Of a stretch of 64,000 nt of DNA, positions 58,390 through 64,000 are shown one piece after another. The stretch spans positions 80,234-144,233 of the forward strand of contig CAYHAA010000002.1 of assembly GCA_964354495.1 (NCBI GenBank), written 5' to 3'. The number at the start of each line of letters is the position of its first letter. Positions within the stretch are counted from its first letter, which is position 1. Both the position numbers and the translations under genes were made by a program. This DNA is from an uncultured archaeon (lineage in GTDB: Archaea > Asgardarchaeota > Thorarchaeia > Thorarchaeales > Thorarchaeaceae). The notes under the pieces were generated by a model, which was not told the DNA's origin, did no database searches, and saw only the letters and a program-made list of their open reading frames with translations.

Positions 58390-59103
58390 ATGGCCAAAGA
58401 AAGCGGCTACTCGTTTGGATTACTGATTCCGATTGCTGTCCTACTTATCGTAATGTTTGGAATTGGTGAAAGATGGCTACTGGTTCCGATTGCCATCCTA
58501 TTGCTCATCTTCATTGGGGATTTCTTCGAGACCAGCCAAATCAAGAAACGAGAAGAACAGGTCCACCACTGGAAAGTTCAGGAACCTGCTGCAGACACGT
58601 TAGGATACACGCCAGACCAATCCACCACTGAAGCAAAACCCATCTATGACCAGAAGAAACAGAAGGATCAAGGGGTGACATGCGGAACACTGGTTCCAAC
58701 CATTATTGTGGGATGGCTATACTGGGAGTCGCGGTCTTGGGTGTTCCTCATTCCGCTCCTCTTCCTAGTCATCGGGCTGATTGAGAGTCTATTGAGTAGT
58801 GTGAGGGGGAAATCAAGAATTAGAGAGGAAATAGAGAGAGAGAAGGTAGGGACAGTGTCGGATCTATCAGACAAGACTGGTCTGCCTGAGGAGAGGATAC
58901 GGCAGCATATAGTGACTGAAAAGAGAAGCGGCTCAACAGACATTTGGTTTGATCCATCATCCGGGGAAATCACTCATTCACCAGTTCGTGCAGCTGATGA
59001 GCGAGTCAGGTCGTCAGTTGGCTGCTCATATTGCGGATTTGCTCTGAGGCCTGAAGATAGGTACTGCCCCTTCTGTGGCGCGCCAATCAAGGTCACTGAA
59101 TGA
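58390..59103 (+). CDS. Membrane protein (about 4 TM) with cytoplasmic or extracytoplasmic linker and C-terminal Zn-ribbon
   Basis: Two pairs of TM helices and a charged linker. C-terminal CSYCGF...(11 aa)...CPFCGAP is a four-Cys zinc ribbon. Its 3' end overlaps the long-ORF form of the HtrA gene. Confidence 0.4.
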   Translation: MAKESGYSFGLLIPIAVLLIVMFGIGERWLLVPIAILLLIFIGDFFETSQIKKREEQVHHWKVQEPAADTLGYTPDQSTTEAKPIYDQKKQKDQGVTCGTLVPTIIVGWLYWESRSWVFLIPLLFLVIGLIESLLSSVRGKSRIREEIEREKVGTVSDLSDKTGLPEERIRQHIVTEKRSGSTDIWFDPSSGEITHSPVRAADERVRSSVGCSYCGFALRPEDRYCPFCGAPIKVTE

Positions 59104-59188
59104 GTCTTCCTTCTGCCATTCGATTGGATTCTTTGTCAAAGGAAGCACAAAAGAACAGGTTAATATCTTCTTAATTATTGTTAATAGT

Positions 59189-60118
59189 ATGTTTCTAGAA
59201 CTTGAAAAAAGATTAGTTGAAGTGGTCCAGCGAGTTGTTCCATGTGTCGTAAGTGTTTCAACAACACACCTGGCACGAACGCATCTTTCAAACATAGTCC
59301 CTGTTCAGGGTCAGGGCTCAGGTGTCATCCTGTCGAATAGGGGTTTTGTTGTTACCAACGCTCATGTTGTGGAAGGAGCCCGAGATGTGGAAGTGACTCT
59401 CCATCAGGGACAGACTTACAAGGCGGTCGTCGTTGGAGAATCTAAGACGAGAGACCTTGCCATCCTAAAGATTGATGCAGAAGGACTCGTTCCAATAGAG
59501 ATGGGAAACTCGAGTTCCCTCAAAGTCGGTCAATTTGCCATCGCCATTGGGAATCCGCTTGGTCTCGGTTCCTCTGTGACTCTAGGGCTGGTCAGTGCAG
59601 TAGATAGGACCATTCAGGGCGAGAGCTCATTCCTAGAGGGCCTGATTCAGACTTCAGCCCAGATCAATCCAGGCAACAGTGGCGGCGCCCTTGTGGACTC
59701 TGACGGAAAGCTCATCGGAGTTCCGACTGCTATGATTCCATGGAGCCAAGGTATAGGCTTTGCCATTGGAGTAGATGCCCTAAAGGATGTCTTCGACGAA
59801 CTCATAGAGACTGGCACCGTAAGAACTCCCTGGATGGGCATTGTTGGCGTCACATTGAACAAAGGGATAGCATCTCACTATGGACTAGCAATGGACAAAG
59901 GAGCACTATTACTAGAGGTACCGAAAGGGCCATCGCGTGCTGCAGGTCTTCGACCAGGCGACGTCATTATCGCTATCGATGAAGGAGAAATAAACGGCAT
60001 GGAAGACCTCAGAAAAAAAGTCCTGCGAGGCAAGCTTGGTCAGAAACTCCGAGTGAGATTGTCCAGGGAACATGACGTACTCGAAACATATGTTGAATTG
60101 ATATCAGCTCCCCAGTGA
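59189..60118 (+). CDS. HtrA/DegP-family trypsin-like serine protease with C-terminal PDZ domain
   Basis: Catalytic triad context TNAHVV (His), RDLAIL (Asp) and GNSGGAL (Ser), plus a PDZ segment GLRPGDVIIAIDEGEI. The start is set at the MFLELEK ATG; the track ORF begins at 59075. Confidence 0.7.
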   Translation: MFLELEKRLVEVVQRVVPCVVSVSTTHLARTHLSNIVPVQGQGSGVILSNRGFVVTNAHVVEGARDVEVTLHQGQTYKAVVVGESKTRDLAILKIDAEGLVPIEMGNSSSLKVGQFAIAIGNPLGLGSSVTLGLVSAVDRTIQGESSFLEGLIQTSAQINPGNSGGALVDSDGKLIGVPTAMIPWSQGIGFAIGVDALKDVFDELIETGTVRTPWMGIVGVTLNKGIASHYGLAMDKGALLLEVPKGPSRAAGLRPGDVIIAIDEGEINGMEDLRKKVLRGKLGQKLRVRLSREHDVLETYVELISAPQ

Positions 60119-60119
60119 A

Positions 60120-61025
60120 TCAGAAGCCAATCAAGACAAGTACGACTCCGAGAAGTGCTGCCGTGATTCCGATCACTGCGAGTGGAGTCAGGTTCTCTTT
60201 GAGGATTAGTACTGATACGGGTATTGCGAAGAGAGGAGCTGTTGACGAGATGACAGACATAATTGTAGCACCCACTGAAGCGACTGCGGTAACGAAGAGA
60301 AGCGAGCCTACACCCATTCCGAAGAAACCTGCAATACTGACCAAGGCGACAGCCTTGCTTGTTGGCTTTGTCATCCCCTGATGCTTGGCAACCGCAAACA
60401 AAGGGATGAATGCAATGGAGCCAAAGAGTACTCGTACAAGATTGCCGCCGATGGGATCAACGCCTTCAATACCAACCTGCAGAGCAATTATTCCTACTGC
60501 ATATAGGACTGATGTCAGTAAGGCACCAGCAATTCCCCACAGGTCGAACCTACGCGGTGCATCATCGTCCTTTCCTTTTCTATTCTGCTCATTCGACAGT
60601 AGAATAACACCGAGAACAGCAATGATTACTCCAGCAAGTCTTGAGAGGATCGGGGGCTCGCCAAGAAAAACGATGGTGAGAAAGTAAGTGATGATAGGAA
60701 AAGACATAGCAATAGGGAATGCATAAGAAACCCCAATTCGTTCTTGGCTCCAGAGATATACTGTGTCTCCAATCACCGCACCCAATATGGCAGAGGTGGC
60801 CAGAAGGGCTATTGCCACGAGCGGGAGGAATACAGAGTCAATACCAGGCAGGAGAATCACCATGAGAGCCATGAGGGGCAATGCAACCCACATCTTGATC
60901 GAACTTGCAGCAACCGGTCCAATCTCTCTGGCCTGAGAGCGATAGACAACCACTGACAATCCGTAGAGGGCTGTTCCTAGGAGACCTATCAAGCTGCCAA
61001 TAAGAAACTCTGGGGTGACCTGCAT
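60120..61025 (-). CDS. EamA/DMT-family transporter
   Basis: 10-TM protein with the two-repeat EamA architecture. It is paralogous in layout to the 30946-31902 gene. Confidence 0.65.
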   Translation of the reverse strand: MQVTPEFLIGSLIGLLGTALYGLSVVVYRSQAREIGPVAASSIKMWVALPLMALMVILLPGIDSVFLPLVAIALLATSAILGAVIGDTVYLWSQERIGVSYAFPIAMSFPIITYFLTIVFLGEPPILSRLAGVIIAVLGVILLSNEQNRKGKDDDAPRRFDLWGIAGALLTSVLYAVGIIALQVGIEGVDPIGGNLVRVLFGSIAFIPLFAVAKHQGMTKPTSKAVALVSIAGFFGMGVGSLLFVTAVASVGATIMSVISSTAPLFAIPVSVLILKENLTPLAVIGITAALLGVVLVLIGF

Positions 61026-61293
61026 GAAGACCCGCGGGAGGTATCCTACCCTAATATTCTATCGGAAGGACCCAGAGAAGCGGTTGCAGTCACTCTGTTT
61101 GGCGTATGTGATAAAGTACTTATAGAAACTCACAATCCCCGAGCAACAGGTGTTTACGCATGCTCACAGGACTTAAGCGGGACTAACACCCGAGCGCGGA
61201 CTCCTTCTCACTCGGGTCTGACCGAATCCGAGCGAATCTGCTGAGCTAGTCAAACACTAGCATTCTCACCCGCCATCGGGGGAGGTTATACCA

Positions 61294-62286
61294 TTGAATC
61301 AGAATGCTGTAGAGATACGAGACCTTTCGAAGACATTCATCAGCGTCAGAAGACGGGCGATAGTCATCCCCGTTGAAAAGACGAAAGCAGATGCATTAAG
61401 GTCAATCACAATGGACATTCCGAAAGGTCAGACCTACGGCCTCTTAGGGCCAAACGGGGCAGGGAAAACGACACTCATAAAATGCCTCGCGACTCTCGTG
61501 CTGCCAAGTTCAGGAACCGCCAGAGTGAACGGCTATGATGTTCTCAAGGAGTCCACATATGCCAGAGCATCAATGGGCGTATGCCAAGGTAATGAACGAT
61601 CAATCTATTGGAAACTGAGCGCGCGAGAGAATTTGATTTTCTTCGCCAAGCTGTATCGAATGTCACAAAGCGAGGCAAGGGAGAGAGCTGACGAGCTTCT
61701 GGGAAGAATGGGATTGCTTGATAGGGCTGACGAGAAGACTGAGAACTTGTCACATGGCATGCGGATGAAAATAGTATTCGCCAGAGCGCTATTGCATGAC
61801 CCTCCAATCTTGCTACTCGACGAACCGACTCAGGGGCTGGACCCGACTTTCGCTGCAGATCTTCGCAGGTTCATCAAGGAACAACTCAGGGATAGGACCA
61901 TACTGCTGACGACACACTATATGCACGAAGCAGATATGCTATGCGACAAGATTGCACTCATAGATGAGGGGGAACTCAAGAGCTTCGGTACTCCGAAAGA
62001 ACTCAAAGAAGAGGTAAGGGACTATGATAGTCTGCACATGAAGCTCGTGGGGACGCCTGATATCGAGACGATCAAAGGTATGGACACGGTGATGTCAGCC
62101 TCTTATAGTACCCGAAACGGACACTCAGAGCTCGTTGTGACTGCCCAGGACGGCTACGAGCTTGCCTACCAGCTTCTTTCACTCATGCACAACACACCAG
62201 GAGTCAGGGTCGAGCATTTCGAGGTCAAAGAACCAACACTAGATGACGTATTCATGAAACTAACCGGCAGGAGGATTGAGGATTGA
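61294..62286 (+). CDS. ABC transporter ATP-binding protein (ABC-2 / DrrA-like exporter type)
   Basis: Walker A GPNGAGKTT, signature LSHGMRMK, Walker B LLLDEPTQGLD and H-loop TTHYMHEA. The C-terminal ~100 aa extension is typical of ABC-2 ATPases. Confidence 0.8.
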   Translation: MNQNAVEIRDLSKTFISVRRRAIVIPVEKTKADALRSITMDIPKGQTYGLLGPNGAGKTTLIKCLATLVLPSSGTARVNGYDVLKESTYARASMGVCQGNERSIYWKLSARENLIFFAKLYRMSQSEARERADELLGRMGLLDRADEKTENLSHGMRMKIVFARALLHDPPILLLDEPTQGLDPTFAADLRRFIKEQLRDRTILLTTHYMHEADMLCDKIALIDEGELKSFGTPKELKEEVRDYDSLHMKLVGTPDIETIKGMDTVMSASYSTRNGHSELVVTAQDGYELAYQLLSLMHNTPGVRVEHFEVKEPTLDDVFMKLTGRRIED

Positions 62287-63182
62287 CGCTAGCCGAAGAC
62301 GCTACTCCTGAGGTTGAGAGAATCAAGACACCGTATCTCTCAACTTTCAAACCCAGATTGATGGATTGGAGCGCAGCTAAGGTCTTCGCTCTAAAGAACC
62401 TCAGGATTGCGATACGCTATCCGACCAATTTCCTGATATGGGGAATCCTCCCGCTGCTGTGGTATGCACCCTATATCCTCATGATGATAGCAATTGCAGG
62501 GCCAGGTACAAGTCAGTCATTCACAGAGCTGTCGGGCTTCGATGACTTCATCACATTCTCAATCATCGCAGTCTTCGTCTATCAGTATGTTGACAAGAGC
62601 ATCTGGTCAGTCGGAAACAACTTCCGCTGGGAGCAATTCTCAGGCACTCTTGAGCCACTCTTCGTGACTCCAGTGCCGCGAATCAGTATCCTAGTGGGAG
62701 CAGCGTTCTCAGACACCCTACAATGCACGTTCTCGGCAACGGTCCTACTGGTGATCTCCTCGTTGCTTTTCGGAGTGAGCTACGCAATCACAATGGTATC
62801 TCCCATAGTAGTGATGCTGACCATGATGGTCTTCGCCCTCTACGGATTCAGCTTCACGATTGCTGGTCTTATCCTCGTGTTTAAGGATCCAAGTGTGCTG
62901 ACGGAGTTGATATCGAACATCACGTATGTCCTTTCACCAATAACGTACCCATTACAGGCATTACCAGCCGCAGCCAGATATGCTGCAATACTTGTCCCAT
63001 CCACGATTGCCATCGTAACCATCCGTGAACTGGCAATCACAGGCCTCTTTCAACCCCTCTCATTCCTTCAAGCCTTTGTGTCTATGCTTGGCCTAGTGAT
63101 AGGTTTCTGGGTGCTAGGCGTGCTGGCGTTCAGGTGGGGAGAGAAATGGACAAAGGAGAAAGGAAGTATGGGAGGTTTCTGA
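62283..63182 (+). CDS. ABC-2 type permease
   Basis: 6-TM polytopic protein. A TTG start overlaps the ATPase stop (TTGA), indicating translational coupling. Confidence 0.55.
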   Translation: MTLAEDATPEVERIKTPYLSTFKPRLMDWSAAKVFALKNLRIAIRYPTNFLIWGILPLLWYAPYILMMIAIAGPGTSQSFTELSGFDDFITFSIIAVFVYQYVDKSIWSVGNNFRWEQFSGTLEPLFVTPVPRISILVGAAFSDTLQCTFSATVLLVISSLLFGVSYAITMVSPIVVMLTMMVFALYGFSFTIAGLILVFKDPSVLTELISNITYVLSPITYPLQALPAAARYAAILVPSTIAIVTIRELAITGLFQPLSFLQAFVSMLGLVIGFWVLGVLAFRWGEKWTKEKGSMGGF

Positions 63183-63183
63183 C

Positions 63184-64000
63184 ATGAAGCACGAGGAGAC
63201 CGAGTCGTTTCGAAGAATGTGGGCTCGTGCGGGCATTAGAGCTGAAGCCAAGGCTGCCTGGGCCATCTCGGTCAACATATGGAAGATAGAGCTGAGTTAC
63301 CCACTAAGCGTGCTCTGGTTCATTGTCATGCCCTTTCTATGGTTCATCCCTATGCTTATCACGGGATCCGCTGTCGCGGGAGGAACTGAGTCCGAAGTAC
63401 TCAACGACCTCGTAGGTACAAGGGACTGGGTGACCTACATCGCTGTAGGGACGTCCATCGTTGGTCTGACAATCAGCATCATGTGGGGGACTGGATTCTC
63501 GCTCAGGAGAGAGCAAAACTCTGGGACGCTGGAGACGCTCATGAGTACGCCCATGGGAAGAAGCACGCTCGTCTGGGGCTCGATGCTCCACAATCTGCAA
63601 CACGGTGGTCTCGGAGTCATTCTGCAACTCAGTGCGGCAGTCATATTTTTCGGAGTCACAATTAACGCGTGGGGCATATTTCCAGCGTTGGGCATCATTG
63701 CGCTCGCAGTCATCGGTCTACAGGGTGTTGCCTTTGCGGTTACGTGCATCGTCCTGCTGGCGAAACAGGGTTGGATGATTGTCGAGTTCATCTCAAGCGG
63801 GCTACTCCTTATAGCACCGATGTCGTATCCACTCTCCGTGCTGCCGCCAGTACTGCAGTATGTTGGGATGGCATCGCCCTTGACGTGGAGCGTTGAGGGA
63901 TTCAGAGGCTTCTTGATGAACGGCCTAGCATATCAGGGCGTTGTTCAAGCTGTAGTTACGCTAATCGTTCTCGACGTGATCTTCTTTGCCTTTGGTGCCT
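63184..64000 (+). CDS. Second ABC-2 type permease, 3' partial (runs off the window end)
   Basis: An ATG 1 bp after the upstream stop opens a reading frame of hydrophobic helices that continues to position 64000. It is not in the provided track because no stop is reached. Confidence 0.45.
   Translation, partial: MKHEETESFRRMWARAGIRAEAKAAWAISVNIWKIELSYPLSVLWFIVMPFLWFIPMLITGSAVAGGTESEVLNDLVGTRDWVTYIAVGTSIVGLTISIMWGTGFSLRREQNSGTLETLMSTPMGRSTLVWGSMLHNLQHGGLGVILQLSAAVIFFGVTINAWGIFPALGIIALAVIGLQGVAFAVTCIVLLAKQGWMIVEFISSGLLLIAPMSYPLSVLPPVLQYVGMASPLTWSVEGFRGFLMNGLAYQGVVQAVVTLIVLDVIFFAFGA

Noticed and set aside
61026-61293. 268-bp intergenic region before the ABC-2 operon inspected for an RNA gene, based on a GC-rich segment GCGGGACTAACACCCGAGCGCGGACTCC
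   Set aside because: I could identify no tRNA or known ncRNA structure by eye. It is more likely a promoter or 5'-UTR region and is left unannotated.
1-64000. Searched for CRISPR repeats, transposase, integrase or recombinase genes and phage-like genes
   Set aside because: There are no regularly spaced direct repeats and no ORFs with DDE, tyrosine or serine recombinase motifs. The window shows no evidence of a mobile element or CRISPR locus.

Overview
This is a gene-dense window with genes on both strands, most likely archaeal. An archaeal-type ThrRS, TATA-like promoter elements and many archaeal-style membrane proteins support that reading. Two Rab/Ras-like small GTPases and a roadblock/longin-like protein suggest an Asgard-group archaeon; this is inference, and the roughly 48% GC is judged by eye. 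I found no rRNA, tRNA, CRISPR array, transposase or integrase.

The first ~19 kb is mostly metabolic: L-threonine 3-dehydrogenase, threonine ammonia-lyase, ThrRS, a saccharopine-DH-like protein, thiolase, an Lpd-like flavoprotein, ferredoxin-domain proteins, a 4-gene polar amino-acid ABC importer, and a GlcD/GlcF-like FAD/Fe-S oxidoreductase pair.

The remainder is accessory-looking: sensor kinases, a giant GNAT-fusion protein, transporters, and many hypothetical membrane or secreted proteins.

The most interesting loci are:
- a co-oriented Rab-like GTPase / Zn-ribbon / roadblock-like / polytopic-membrane-protein module (39.3-43.2 kb), plus a second Rab-like GTPase next to a Cu-ATPase (46 kb);
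- a DNA-repair triad (48.4-51.3 kb): an AlkD-like gene, an unknown Cys-rich protein, and an Fpg/Nei glycosylase whose catalytic Pro2 position holds Val, as in NEIL3;
- a 1101-aa GNAT-fusion protein;
- a secreted glycoprotein gene apparently split by a frameshift at a poly-T run;
- a membrane protein made of five tandem 2-TM hairpin repeats.

All calls come from reading the provided translations and motifs. No database search was run.
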